Source of the DNA: Toensbergia leucococca
Lineage: Eukaryota
Direction: 5' to 3'
Length of the DNA stretch: 64,000 nt
Assembly (NCBI GenBank): GCA_022813965.1
Contig: JALDZS010000040.1
Location: 62,001-126,000 of the forward strand
Shown: positions 26,901-38,606 of the stretch, one piece after another
How positions within the stretch are numbered: position 1 is the first letter of the stretch
How the letters are laid out: each line of letters starts with the position of its first letter
The notes under the pieces: model-generated
What the model saw: the letters and a program-made list of their open reading frames with translations, nothing else
Databases searched by the model: none
Told to the model about the DNA's origin: nothing
Translations under genes and position numbers: made by a program

Positions 26901-27754
26901 TTGCTATGCTGCGAGTCCGTGCTCAAGTGCAAAAAGTTCTTGGGAGGATGCTTGGTTGGGTATTTAAGAGTGGAGTCAGGGTTGGGGATTTCGTGTTAAT
27001 TGAATGAATGATGCAGCCGGAGGCTTCAGAGACTTTGTCAAGATGAGATGAAGGAGGTGAAAGGAGTGATGAATGGGAAATTGAGTTAAGGAAGAAGATT
27101 TGAATTAATTGATATGACATTTTCAGACTGAAGGTGTTTCAATCTATAAGAGAGTATCTTTCTACATATGATGAGGAGTCTCAGGTATGTATTTCACTTT
27201 CTGTTTCATGAATAAAATCCTGAATGCTCTTAAAAAGTCACTGTCCTTGCACATCAGCACTTCTACTTTTATCTGTACATATCAGCATGCAACGCAACAT
27301 CAGACATTGACAAGATGGCTACAGAAATTGAAGGTGTACCTATGAGCATGAATGAATGAAGGTGAGCTTTTTGAAACTAATCCCAGTTTAGAACAAGGTA
27401 GCTAGGCTCGCTAACTATATGCACTCCATCATGATCTTCCCCGCACCTCTCTCCAACAGCCAGATCCGCACCAGGAATCTAACCATGGATTTATAATCGA
27501 CATCCTCCTTTCCCATTTCCTTCCATTTTCATCTTACCAATCTAGACCAGCTGATAGGGGATCAGGGAGATAGATTGGTCAGCCATAGACCATTCTCCGA
27601 CCATCAGATGGCGTTATCGCTGTCCCCCATGACGAAGCGGGGTTGTTTGCACAACCCCATATATTGACATCTTGCCTACAATCATCACCTCTAAATCAAA
27701 CGTCGCGGATATCAAAAACTCCCCCCCCCCAAAAATCTCCACCACTTACCCATC

Positions 27755-28587
27755 ATGGCCTCCACAACCAACGGCGTGAGCACCACAAACGGCACCTCCC
27801 CAAAAATCATCCTCTACACCAACCATGCCTGTCCCTGGGCCCACCGTGCCCATATCACCCTCAAAGAGCTCAATCTCCCCTACGAAGAGGTAATCATCGA
27901 CCTTGACCGTCCTCGCGAGGAATGGTACCTCAAAATCAACCCCGTAAGCGCTCCCCCGCCGCCTTTCACCCCTCAACCATGTAGCCTTCGCTCACACATT
28001 ACTTTCCCCAGCGCGGTCTCGTCCCCTCCATCAAATTCTCCAACGGCCACCTCACCGACGAAATAATCACCGAATCCGCCATCGTCTCCCACTTCCTCGC
28101 CGACTCCTTCCCCACTCCCACCTTCTTCCCAGCCTCCCACTCCACCCCCACCGCCCCTCTCACCCGCGCCCGCATCGCCTTCTTCGTAGACGCCTGGTTC
28201 TCCAAAGTCCACCCCCTATTCATGACCGCGGTCCAACAAGCCACGACCAGCGAACATGAGCAGGAGGAAACGGCAACCAAAATCGTGGCGGCCATCCGGA
28301 AAGAAATCGAGCCGCTGCTGCAAGACGCACGGCCCTATTTCGGAGGCAGTGAGACGATGACGCTGGCGGAGGCGTTGACGGGGCCGTTTGTGCTCCGGAT
28401 GAAGGCGTATGGGAAGGCGGGGTTGGTGCATGGGGCTTTGGTGCAGGGGTTGGAGACGGTGCCGAGGTTTCGGAGCTGGGTGGATAGGGTTACGAGTCAG
28501 GAGAGTGTGACGTATATATGGGATGAGGAGAAGATGATTTCACGCACGAAGGCGAGGATTGAGAAGGGGAGAGGTGGGGGGAAGTGA
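27755..28587 (+). CDS. Glutathione S-transferase (Cys-type CPWA N-domain)
   Basis: LYTNHACPWAHRAHITL..WYLKINP|RGLVPSI..ESAIV; intron 27944-28011 restores frame with ORF 28222-28587. Confidence 0.9.
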
Positions 28588-29142
28588 AAGGATTTTTTGG
28601 TGTTTTTGATTGACTGTGTATAACGTTGCAGAGAATGAAGTGTAAGGTGTTTTTTTTTTTGGGGGGGGGCTTTGAGTAGAGTAGCTTTTGCCAGCCTTCT
28701 TCTCTAAATAACCCATTTTCCATCAACAAAAACATCAACAAAAACCCCTACTCTTTTCTATTCTAGGCAAAATATGCCATGAAGTGATATAGCTCAAGCT
28801 GAGATCAACGGAGTTCTCATTCATTTCATTCATCTCATTCTTTAAATCATCAGAAACCCTACACTCATTCATTCATTTATGCACATTCAAAAACCTGTTT
28901 CATCACACACACCTCATACTCACAACATACTCCTTTGTATACCTACCTACCTCACCCCAACCCCTTTCAAAGTTCAAAGTTCAAAGTTCAAAAAAAAAAA
29001 AAGGTCTCATCCTTAAAAAAACCTCATCCTCAAAAAACCCAGCCCAGCCCAGCGCTCCCAAAACCAGCCCAGCGCTCCAAAAGCAAAGCCCCGCAAAGCC
29101 CCCCCCCCCCCCCCCCCCACCCAAAAAAAAACACCACCCCCA

Positions 29143-32100
29143 TCACAAGGCCCCAAGCCCCAACCCCAACTCCAACTCCAATTCAAGCCCAATCTTCCCC
29201 CCCAACGAATTCCCCTCCCAGCAAATCTCAAACTCCCAAGCCCTAACCCCCACCCCCTCCCCCACAGCAGCAGCAGCGAGCACGTGCCAAAAGCTCGGCA
29301 GCACGACCCTCACATCCCTCTCCAAGCCCTTAAAATAAACATTCCCCTTCCCCCGCTCACAAATCTCCTCGCAAACAGCAGCCACAAACCCCTCAAGCCT
29401 ATCCCCACCATCCACATCCACATCCCCACCATCACCATCACCAACATCATCACCACCAACCCTCCCAGCATGCGCAACCCGCCAAACCTCCCTCCTCCTC
29501 TTCACCTCCATCCCAGACCACACCCTCGCAACACTAACATGCAAATTAAAATGCGACGACGACGGCGGCCCCGGCGCAACCGTCAGCTCCGGCATCCCCG
29601 TCTCCGATCCCGCAAACCCTTTATCACCCACCCCAAAAACCTCCTTGAGATGCACCGCCCGCCGATGACGGACTACATCCGGAAACGTCGAAGCAGTAGT
29701 ATCATCAGCATCGTCGTAGAACTTGACCCCGCAGTCCGGGAACCCGCACCCCAGCACGCTGGGTCCAAAGGGGGTTACGAACGGCGGAATGAAATCCGCT
29801 GGATGGTCAACATCGGTCGTCGAAATGCCAGAGCTGCAAAAGAGAGACGTGAGGATTTTGTCGACGGCGTGGGCGGGAGCGCCGGCGCTTTTGGGGTCGA
29901 GAAGGGCGGGAGCGAGGGCTTCGCGGAGCTGGAGGGTCTGGAGGAAGGTCTTGGCGCTCGTGTGGCCTTTTTGGGTGAAGAGGGCCCAGAAAATGAGGAG
30001 CTGGAGGCGCTTGTGGGCCGTGTTGTGGATGCACGGGGAGCCGCTGGCGAGGAAAAGACGGACGTCTGTGCGGGAAGTGCTGCCTAGTGCTTTTGATAGG
30101 TTAGGCCAGAAGGAATCTGGGTGGATGAGGGACGTTGGACCGTTGTCTTTGGGGATTAGGGGGGCGTTGAAGGAGCGGTAGATCACTTGTAAGAAAGGAT
30201 GTTTCCATGCCTTGGAAGCTGGTTGTGTTGTATGTCCTGTGCTCTGTTTCAGTAGGCCGTACATTAAAGCGGTTGCGGTGTAATGGATCAGTTTCGTGAC
30301 TTGGATCGCTTGGATGGCGTCCTCGTCTATCAGGCATAACATCCGATACCACCGTATCAGTTGATTGAATCCAGCGAGTGGGTACTGAATCATCCAGCTC
30401 TCCAAGCCTTCTTTGACAAAGTCTTCGTTGGCAGCCCACAGCAGCGCCTTTGAGTACGGCACCCATGAACCTGTCTCACTGAATGTCTCCCGAGTCCGTA
30501 GATTCTTCAGCAGAGTCCCGAGGATCCATTCCAACGCGCGCCGCCGACACAAGATCTCTGCATCCTCGGACGCCGAGGAGCACCACTCCTTGTTCGCGAG
30601 CGTCGAGTCCACCATGGTCATGAAAATCTGCACGATACCAACCATACCGGTAGCCACTCCGTTGGTGATGGCGAGTGTGAGTTGGTGGTTGATGTATCTT
30701 TTATTGGCGCCGCTATACTCCACTGTCGGCAGTGTGGCCACAACATCTTCCTTGAAGATGGATATCGGAGAGCAGAGCAAGGCGCATTGAAAACAAATGC
30801 ATTGACTCGATATCATGTCAGCGTTCTGTCGTGCGTGCCCGGCCGCCAAAGGGAAGTTCAGCGCAAAATCCGTGGTGTTCTCTTCGAGCTTGTCCATTTC
30901 TTTGAGCACGATTGACATGATCTCGTCGTCACCGCAGCATATGGGACAGAAGCTGCGGAACGCCGATGGGTCCTCCAAGTTCAAGGATGAGATGTGGATA
31001 TCTGCATCCGTGGCTGCGACTGTTCCGGCTCGCATTGCGCGGTTACTTTTACGGGAGAGGATATCGGCTGTGTAGCCCGCTTTTTCGATGCCGGACATGA
31101 TGGCAAGGGATCTGTCTATCAGTCTGTTGAGTTCTCGAGCTAATCGGGTTTTTTCATCTGGTGAGTCTTTCAGATGGCTGTAGGTAGCTCGATTGGCTGC
31201 ATGAGCGTTGCGGAGTTGCTCTTGTAGCTCAGCTACTTTTTCTGGGGTCTGGTTGCCCTCGCCGCTCCGTATCCTCTCCAAGATTTGGGTCGCACCGTTG
31301 AGATCTTCCAGCTTGACGATGATGTCCTGTCTCTTCTGCCGGAGCAGTAGGCCTCGCAGCTGGTCCAATTGATTACGAGTCTTGCATACGATACTCAGTT
31401 GCGTTATGGCTTCCTCCTGAAGTAGGTGTCTTAGATCTTCAATCTCAATCTGATCTTGGTCGAGTAACTTGTCTACTAGAACAAAGGCGCCCGTAGCTTC
31501 ATCCCATGCAGGTCCCAGTGAAACACCTCCATTCATCTGACGATCTTGTACACACATGACTTGGATATCTAACTCCTCGATGTGTTTGTTGAAGGAGCGC
31601 TCATCATCGTACGAGGGCAAAGAAGCCCAGCTGCTGAGATTGATGGTGTCGTCCTCTACAAGGCAACCGAAAACTCCTTTGGCGGCAACAATATACAGCC
31701 TTTGCGATCTAGTATCCTTGAAGATAATAAGAGCATCGGTCGCACTAGCAAAAAAGGATATTCCTACTGATATATTGGTCTGCTCAGGAGTGGTACGGCT
31801 TGACTGTACGATGACCAGTATAACAGGAATCCGAGAGAGCCTCTCGCAAGCAGCTATTTGTGTCAAAGTTGTGACATTTGGAGGATCGATCTCGCCGTCG
31901 GTTAGAAGATACCATACATCAGATGATCTTATATTTTCCAAAGCAGAAGCTTCACGCAAGATTGTTTCTGGGGCCGTACCTCCCTGTGAGGCTGACCAAT
32001 AGCGTGTGCCATATCGTGCAACATAGGCGCTTGGGCGTTCGGGAATAGAATCAACAAGTTCGGGAATGGTGCAAGAAGTTCCCCACTTCACAGCCGTGTC

Positions 32101-32280
32101 TTTGCTATTTCCATGAAAGCCGTACACCACAGAAGCCTCAGTGCTGATGATATTATCGCATTCCGTTGATCCGGATGCGTCAACAGCAAAGAACTTCTTG
32201 GCGGATAGTAGAGAGACATAAGATGCAGGTGAAGACGGTTGGCTTGCTTTCGAGGCTTCTTTCCAAGTGGACGACGCCAT
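29143..32280 (-). CDS. Intronless 1045-aa vWA-domain protein with central Cys motifs
   Basis: MIDAS-like FAVDASGST, GGT, LLTDGEI; coiled segment; CPICC and CICFQC; C-terminal CGFPDC..H. Confidence 0.8.
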   Translation of the reverse strand: MASSTWKEASKASQPSSPASYVSLLSAKKFFAVDASGSTECDNIISTEASVVYGFHGNSKDTAVKWGTSCTIPELVDSIPERPSAYVARYGTRYWSASQGGTAPETILREASALENIRSSDVWYLLTDGEIDPPNVTTLTQIAACERLSRIPVILVIVQSSRTTPEQTNISVGISFFASATDALIIFKDTRSQRLYIVAAKGVFGCLVEDDTINLSSWASLPSYDDERSFNKHIEELDIQVMCVQDRQMNGGVSLGPAWDEATGAFVLVDKLLDQDQIEIEDLRHLLQEEAITQLSIVCKTRNQLDQLRGLLLRQKRQDIIVKLEDLNGATQILERIRSGEGNQTPEKVAELQEQLRNAHAANRATYSHLKDSPDEKTRLARELNRLIDRSLAIMSGIEKAGYTADILSRKSNRAMRAGTVAATDADIHISSLNLEDPSAFRSFCPICCGDDEIMSIVLKEMDKLEENTTDFALNFPLAAGHARQNADMISSQCICFQCALLCSPISIFKEDVVATLPTVEYSGANKRYINHQLTLAITNGVATGMVGIVQIFMTMVDSTLANKEWCSSASEDAEILCRRRALEWILGTLLKNLRTRETFSETGSWVPYSKALLWAANEDFVKEGLESWMIQYPLAGFNQLIRWYRMLCLIDEDAIQAIQVTKLIHYTATALMYGLLKQSTGHTTQPASKAWKHPFLQVIYRSFNAPLIPKDNGPTSLIHPDSFWPNLSKALGSTSRTDVRLFLASGSPCIHNTAHKRLQLLIFWALFTQKGHTSAKTFLQTLQLREALAPALLDPKSAGAPAHAVDKILTSLFCSSGISTTDVDHPADFIPPFVTPFGPSVLGCGFPDCGVKFYDDADDTTASTFPDVVRHRRAVHLKEVFGVGDKGFAGSETGMPELTVAPGPPSSSHFNLHVSVARVWSGMEVKRRREVWRVAHAGRVGGDDVGDGDGGDVDVDGGDRLEGFVAAVCEEICERGKGNVYFKGLERDVRVVLPSFWHVLAAAAVGEGVGVRAWEFEICWEGNSLGGKIGLELELELGLGLGAL

Positions 32281-32866
32281 TATGAAGGAAGATCAGATGT
32301 TGCGAGTAAAGGAAGGGGATTTAAGATGTGATATATGTATATCAAAAAGAAGTGTAGTATTCGATGAAGGCTTAGACTCTGAGTATTTGAGTAATTGAGA
32401 CGGAAGATGATCAGAATAGATCAATTCATATAACCTCGTCTGGGAATGAGCGATGATGAGTCATGCTTGAAGGATGCGGAAAGAGTCATCGAGGGACAAC
32501 GCCCTACAAATGTTCGCGGCGATTTTAGAATGGATCTTGACTTACATGGTCTATTTGCTTGAACAATCTCTCTCGATACCGATGATACTCTAATCTGCTT
32601 GGAACTCCTTTCTCAATACTAATTCAAAATGGTATACTCATCTCATAGACGTAGCATGGTTTACTAGTACCGATACAAACAGATCCAATGTCAGTTTCAA
32701 AAGCTAGCGTTTCTAGGAACGTTTGCAAAACAACTTCCATGACTTTCTGCCAAATGTCGAATGTGGTATTCTCTTCAAAATCTTTACTAAAACTTCATCT
32801 TGGCTTCTGAAGCCCAAATCTTTCCAACGCCGGCAGATGCAATTGATATCAACCCGCTCTCCATAA

Positions 32867-33960
32867 TCATACCAAAAGCACTCTGTACGTTGAGTCAGCA
32901 TTACCACCACCCCATACAACAAATGACAAAACACAACGTACGCATTCACACATCCATCATTCTCACAATTATTCGTAATCTGTGCCCACCTCCCCCAAAC
33001 CACCTTTCCTCCTGCCGTAACCAAGCCCAGCTCGCTAACATTGACCTCAACGATGGTTCCCTTGGTTAGCACACCAAGTTGTGTGTACATTGGATTCTGC
33101 GGGTTTTTCTTGACCGAGATGATGGGTAGTTGGACCGTGACTCCGAGCTCGGGATGGGTAACATTCGCTTTCTTGTACCGAAGGCCCATGGGCCGAATAA
33201 ACCTCTCGTATTTGACCGGCCTTCGTGTAAAGTCGTTCCCAACTAGATCGTATATTTTAGCCACAGCGTCCCAAATCCCCACATACTTCACCGAGCTTAA
33301 AAGATACGTACCAAATGTCGGCTTGGTAATCATCCTCTTCCACCCTTTCTTCGCCGTCTTCTTCCCCGTCTTGATAACCTTGAACATTTCCTCCTCGGCA
33401 ATTCCCCTCACCCTCGGAAGCGGCACACTAAACTTGGCCGCCTTCTCGGCACGCTTATTCTTAATGGCACTGGATAAGGCCTTCGCATTCGTAGCCTGCG
33501 ATCGATCCAGCAAGTACTGCGGCAACGGCGTCGAAGAGGGTTCGTTAGGAGCGGCGGATTTGACATTGCGTTCTTCGTGTGCCTTGATCTGCTTTTTCAT
33601 TTGAATCTTTTCTGCGTGACGTTTCTTTTGGTAGAGTTTAGCACGTAGGCCGTGTAGTTTTTGGGCGTCCTGGGATTGCTTGTGGCCTTCGCGGGCAATG
33701 CGTTTGCGTGTGCGTTCTTCGTGGTCGAAGCTGGGACTTGATTAGTAAGGTGGGGAGATAAGTATGGGGAGCTTGGATTGGTACCGTTTCCCATGTTGCT
33801 TCTGCCATCGCTCGATGTATCTAGAGTCGTCAGTCTTGATATTCAATTGCTGCATTTGAATGTCTAGTATGGGTGAACAACATACTCATTTTGAGGCTAA
33901 AGATGGAGTCAGCGTCTGTGAACACAGCAAAGTAGATTGCATAGAAACGAGGCTTACCAT
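32867..33960 (-). CDS. NSA2: Ribosome biogenesis protein Nsa2
   Basis: M|PQNE|YIERW.. micro-exons; [57 protein letters not shown]. Confidence 0.97.
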
Positions 33961-34223
33961 CGTGATGAATTTGCCACTTCTCCCAAGTAATCGAGGGAAT
34001 CTGTGAAGTTGCGACGAAAATGTCGAAGTGCGATGCGAAATCTTGGCATCCGCAATTTCATTAGCGTGTGCATAATCCTAGACTCATCCCCGTGCTGCTG
34101 CATAAAATAGAACAGAATAGCGCCAATCAAGCGAAACCAAAAAAAAGACAATCACGACCTCCTGGTCGTCCTCGACCAACACCACCGCTAAACACTTCAG
34201 GACCCCCCCTCAACGCCTCAAAA

Positions 34224-35000
34224 ATGCTCACGCGGCGCCTCCTCCTCAGCTCCCTCCGCCTCCAATCGCCCATCAATCCCCCTCCCTTCCTCCTTCCTTT
34301 CCGCGCCGCCATAACAACAACAACAACGAACACGGCCACGCCCTCCCCACCACCACCACCAGCAAGCTCAATCTTCTCCCACCCACTCACGCCTTCCACA
34401 TCACCGCCACCCGCCTCCCCATCGCCACCACCACCTCTCTCAACAACAATCTCAACAACAGCAATAGCAACAAATCCATTCCCCCCCTCCCCACCCCCAC
34501 TCCTCCCAGCCCTCCTCTCCCAACCCCCCCACTACATCCTCGCCCACCTCCACCAACGCCCCTACCTCCTAACTCCCGGCGACATCCTCCGCCTCCCCTT
34601 CCAGCTCCCACCAACCTGCACCCCCGGCACCACTCTCCGCCTCACAAAAGCCTCCATCCTCGGCTCCAGAGACTACACCCTGCGCGGCGCGCCCTGGATC
34701 GACACCCGCTGGTTTGTGTGTCGGGTTCGGGTTGTGGGGGTGGAGGGAGAGCCGATGCGGGTTGTGGAGAAGACGAAGAGGAGGCAGAGGAGGGTGAAGA
34801 GGGTGGAGAGTAAGGGGAGATTCTCGGTGGTGAGGGTTCTGGAGGTGAGGGGGAGGGGGGAAGGGGAGATGGAGAGGGAGGAGGGGATGGTGGGTGGTGT
34901 GGTGGGAGAAGCGGACTTGGGTGGTGCGGTTGGAGAGGAGGAGTTGGGGGATGCGGTGGGAGAGGAGTCTGGGGATGCGATACGAGAAGTCAAGATCTGA
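34224..35000 (+). CDS. MRPL49: Mitochondrial ribosomal protein bL21m
   Basis: Arg/Leu/Ser-rich presequence; HYILAHLHQRPYLLTPGD..LGSRDYTLRG..EPMRVVEKTKRRQR. Confidence 0.85.
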   Translation: MLTRRLLLSSLRLQSPINPPPFLLPFRAAITTTTTNTATPSPPPPPASSIFSHPLTPSTSPPPASPSPPPPLSTTISTTAIATNPFPPSPPPLLPALLSQPPHYILAHLHQRPYLLTPGDILRLPFQLPPTCTPGTTLRLTKASILGSRDYTLRGAPWIDTRWFVCRVRVVGVEGEPMRVVEKTKRRQRRVKRVESKGRFSVVRVLEVRGRGEGEMEREEGMVGGVVGEADLGGAVGEEELGDAVGEESGDAIREVKI

Positions 35001-36056
35001 TTCTGGGCGGAAAGAAGCAGGAGAGAGCGGTCTTTTGGGAGGCTAGGGGTTGTGGAACAACTTCGACATGGCATTCCACCATCTCACCACCACACCACCC
35101 ATATCCTCCATCCACATCCTCCCCACCGTACCACCCACGTCCTCCACCCACATCCTTCACCCACATCCTCCTCCCGCACGTCCTCCCCACACATCTTCAC
35201 ACATCCTCCCAACCCCCCCCTTAAAACACCCCCCCAGCCCCCCACCCCCGCCAGCCTATAGATTGATAGATGAATAGTTAAAACATCAAGATAAAACATC
35301 GAGATAAAACAAATAGACAAAACATCAAGATAAAAACATCGACATAGGTGCGAGGGTACCAATCACATCACATCAATCATCACCATCGCAGATGTGAAGT
35401 TTCTTCATACATAGACATAGACATAGACATGAACATGTGACCGAGCGAAGGGGAGGAAGATCTGAATTCTGAATTCTGAAGTCTGTGTACTGAAATCTGG
35501 ACTCTGTGTGTTTACGGGTGGAAACGAGAAACCAGTTACGGGCATTCCATTCCACACACACAAATCTACCTACCCAACACCCCATAAACACCCTACACAA
35601 CCCCCTCCCCCCCTCTCCCGCCCTTGTAGCAAACCACGCAGAAACCACACCCCCCAACAGATCTGAACCAAACCCTCCCCTCCTTCGGCAAACCAGGTCC
35701 ACGCTCAGACGAAAAGAATCACCAAACGCCTCATTACTAAAATTAGGCGATCCAGAACACCCGCAAGAGAGAACGCGCTCGATACCCAAAGCCTATGGAC
35801 GAGGAAAGAAAAGCTCCGTGGGCGGGAGGGGGGAGAGAAGGGAAAAAGAAAAAGAAAGATAAATCACACCTCATAAACCCCCAAAACACCACAGCTCCTC
35901 TTCGAAAATAAAAAAAGGAGCCACCTCTGCCAACAACGAGGATCTCTGACCCAAACCCCTGAAAAACCCCCGCTTTTCCATCATGACAAACCCCGTTGAC
36001 AAAAAGCAGAAAGAAAATAATACAAAGCCCCGTCTGCACCAATCTCGAAAAGCCCA

Positions 36057-38606
36057 TCAAGCCCTCCCCTCCTCCACAGCAGCCTTGATACTCCCAAAAA
36101 ACCTCGCCGGCCACCCCGCCAATTCCTCCTCAGAGGGCATTCCCTTTTCCCTCACATGCCTGATAATATTTCCCTGAAGCCTCGCAATCAATTCCACCCC
36201 TACAGGCACCGTGCCCGCGGCCGCGGCATCCGGGTAAAGAAAGGGGTCTTCCCTCCCTAGTAGTTGCTCAACGGTAGGTCTGAGCGCTGGATCGCGATTC
36301 AAGCATTTGCGCATCGTACGCAGCAAACCCGTTGGGAGGGGAGTATTGCCCAGGCCGTTAGGCGGAAAGGAAATGACGTGCGTGGGATTCGGGATCGCCA
36401 TGATGCGGAGGGCTTGGTTTTGGATGTGGGCGAAGGGGGGTTTGGAGTAGACCATTTGATATAGAATGCAGCCCAGACTCCACACGTCGCTCGGCCGACC
36501 GATTTTCATCATTTTGCCGACCGAGGCTGGAAGGCCACTGGCGGCGTTGGAGTCGATGAGGGCTTCTGGTGACATGTAGTTGGGCGTACCAACGTGTTGT
36601 TCGCGGTGGACGTTAATGGTATCGTCTTGAATTGCGTTGGCGATGCCAAAGTCGATGAGTTTGAGACGGCCGTTGACGAGGAGGAAATTTGCGGGTTTGA
36701 GGTCAGAATGGACGATTGAGTGGTGGTGGATGGCTAAAACGCATTCGAGCATTTCTTTCCAAAAGTAGCGCGTGAAACTGATGTCAAAGGTGGCATTTTC
36801 GGCGCCGAGGCGGTGGGTGAGGATGCGGTTGAGATCAGATTCGCCCATCTCCATGAGAACACTGAGAGTTTGCCGCTCATCGTTGACCTCGAAATCGAAC
36901 AGTCGGACGACCCTATCCACGTCTACCAGTTTCCGAAGCAAATCAATCTCGCCTTTATAGCCCCGAACTGCCAACGCATCGACGTCTTCAAAGGATACTC
37001 TCTTTAGAGCGAAGACTTTGTAGTTCTCCGCCATTACTCGATAGACTTTACAACTTCCACCCTTGCCAATGCAATCCATTCGAGTGAAAAGCTTTCCATT
37101 GACTGAGATGTAGTTGCGCTTCTTCTTTGATGCAGACGCTGCAGCACCCGCTGTCGCTGTAGCAGTCTCGAGAATGGTCATTTTCGGCGGAGGGGGAGCC
37201 GGTCTGTGAGGTGTATTCTGACTTCGTGGTGCGAGGGCTTGTCTTTGGGGCGATAAAGTCCCTGGTGTCTGAGCTAGCATTTTAGGCTCCCTAGTCTCGA
37301 GCGGCTTTAGGGCCTTTTCAAGTAAAGCAGAATTATTGTTCTTGTTTCGCTTGAAAGTCGGAGGCGGTTCATTCTCTTGATCGTAACGAGATGGGAGTGA
37401 TGGGAGTGGGGGTACTTTGAACATTGGCTGAAGGCGTTTACCCGATGACCCATTCAGATTATCCGATGAAGGCGTAAATTTGGATTTTATTAAGACAGGA
37501 TGTAGTTGCGCAGCAGGCTTTAGAGGAGATGCATCTCGAATTATTGGATCGACAGTGATGATACTTGCCAGACGGTTGAATCGAACATGATGTGACTCTT
37601 GAAGACGCTCAGGAGGATGATGACTGAATTCTTTTTCGAACTTCCGGGCTTCTTCTTGCCCAGAATCCGAATCATGCACCTCCTCGCCGCTCCCAGCAAT
37701 ATGCACTGCACCAGCAGAAGATGCTTCATCTTCTTGGATCGGGCTTTGGTCTTCTTCGCTTTGCCTCCTTTTCATGCCCCTTCTCGCGGGTCCACTCAGG
37801 TACCTCCCAGCCACCTTTCCCACCCTCTTCACTCGTATTGAACCGTGAACACCAGTTTCTTCTGCTTTGGCCCTACTGATCGAGAGACTCTCGATCTGCG
37901 TTGCAGTCTCGTGAACGGCGCTAGGAAGGTCTTCAATTGCAGCTCGAGTGCCGGCTATATCTTCCGGATTTGCAGGTGCAGTCTTCGATAGATTTGCTTT
38001 ATCGGCTTCGGGAGACATGGATCCAAAACGTGCACTGAAGCTTTTGGACGTCAAGATACGTGGTCTAGGAGCTGGTGTGATCCAATCCTCTGAGATTTGT
38101 GCTGCTGAAGTGGTTCTCTCAATTGACCTTGAAACAGGCCTTTTGGGCCCAATAGAACCTACAGGACCCGCACTTAATCGTACAATACGTGGGCTCCCCA
38201 GGCGTGTGACGACCGGCGAGCGCATTCGATCCTGGGACACATGCATCAATGGCTGGGGACTGTATCTTCGTCGGGGTTTGTCCTCTACCACATCTCCAGG
38301 GCCAGGGTCGGCGACACGATTTCGTGGCGGCGAGGCTTCGATGACGGATGCTTCATCTCCTAGTATAGCCTTTGCCTCGGCACTAAATTTTATTGGTGGA
38401 ACGGAGACCTCATCATCAGAACTATCGCCAATGGAGTATTGCTTGGTTGGGGCTGGATGAGCATTGACAATTGATATGCTGGAAAGAGGTGAGCCGCGCT
38501 TGAGATTGGGCCTGAATTGCTGACAGTGAAAAAGTTGACGAGACGGAGGTCTTCTCGGAAAGCTGTCGTAGGTGGTGGACAAGGGTGTAGGTGAAGCTGC
38601 CGCCAT
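36057..38606 (-). CDS. MPS1: Spindle checkpoint kinase Mps1/TTK
   Basis: IGKGGSCKVYRV, FALKRV, GYKGEIDLL, HSDLKPANFLLV, IDFGIANAI, GTPNYMSPE, SDVWSLGCILYQMVY. Confidence 0.95.
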   Translation of the reverse strand: MAAASPTPLSTTYDSFPRRPPSRQLFHCQQFRPNLKRGSPLSSISIVNAHPAPTKQYSIGDSSDDEVSVPPIKFSAEAKAILGDEASVIEASPPRNRVADPGPGDVVEDKPRRRYSPQPLMHVSQDRMRSPVVTRLGSPRIVRLSAGPVGSIGPKRPVSRSIERTTSAAQISEDWITPAPRPRILTSKSFSARFGSMSPEADKANLSKTAPANPEDIAGTRAAIEDLPSAVHETATQIESLSISRAKAEETGVHGSIRVKRVGKVAGRYLSGPARRGMKRRQSEEDQSPIQEDEASSAGAVHIAGSGEEVHDSDSGQEEARKFEKEFSHHPPERLQESHHVRFNRLASIITVDPIIRDASPLKPAAQLHPVLIKSKFTPSSDNLNGSSGKRLQPMFKVPPLPSLPSRYDQENEPPPTFKRNKNNNSALLEKALKPLETREPKMLAQTPGTLSPQRQALAPRSQNTPHRPAPPPPKMTILETATATAGAAASASKKKRNYISVNGKLFTRMDCIGKGGSCKVYRVMAENYKVFALKRVSFEDVDALAVRGYKGEIDLLRKLVDVDRVVRLFDFEVNDERQTLSVLMEMGESDLNRILTHRLGAENATFDISFTRYFWKEMLECVLAIHHHSIVHSDLKPANFLLVNGRLKLIDFGIANAIQDDTINVHREQHVGTPNYMSPEALIDSNAASGLPASVGKMMKIGRPSDVWSLGCILYQMVYSKPPFAHIQNQALRIMAIPNPTHVISFPPNGLGNTPLPTGLLRTMRKCLNRDPALRPTVEQLLGREDPFLYPDAAAAGTVPVGVELIARLQGNIIRHVREKGMPSEEELAGWPARFFGSIKAAVEEGRA

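Noticed and set aside
29284..30790. Long plus-strand ORFs
   Set aside because: Antisense shadows of the GC-rich vWA gene.
35040..35900. Short ORFs and TAGACA/CTGAATT microrepeats between bL21m and MPS1
   Set aside because: Low-complexity convergent 3' UTR sequence.
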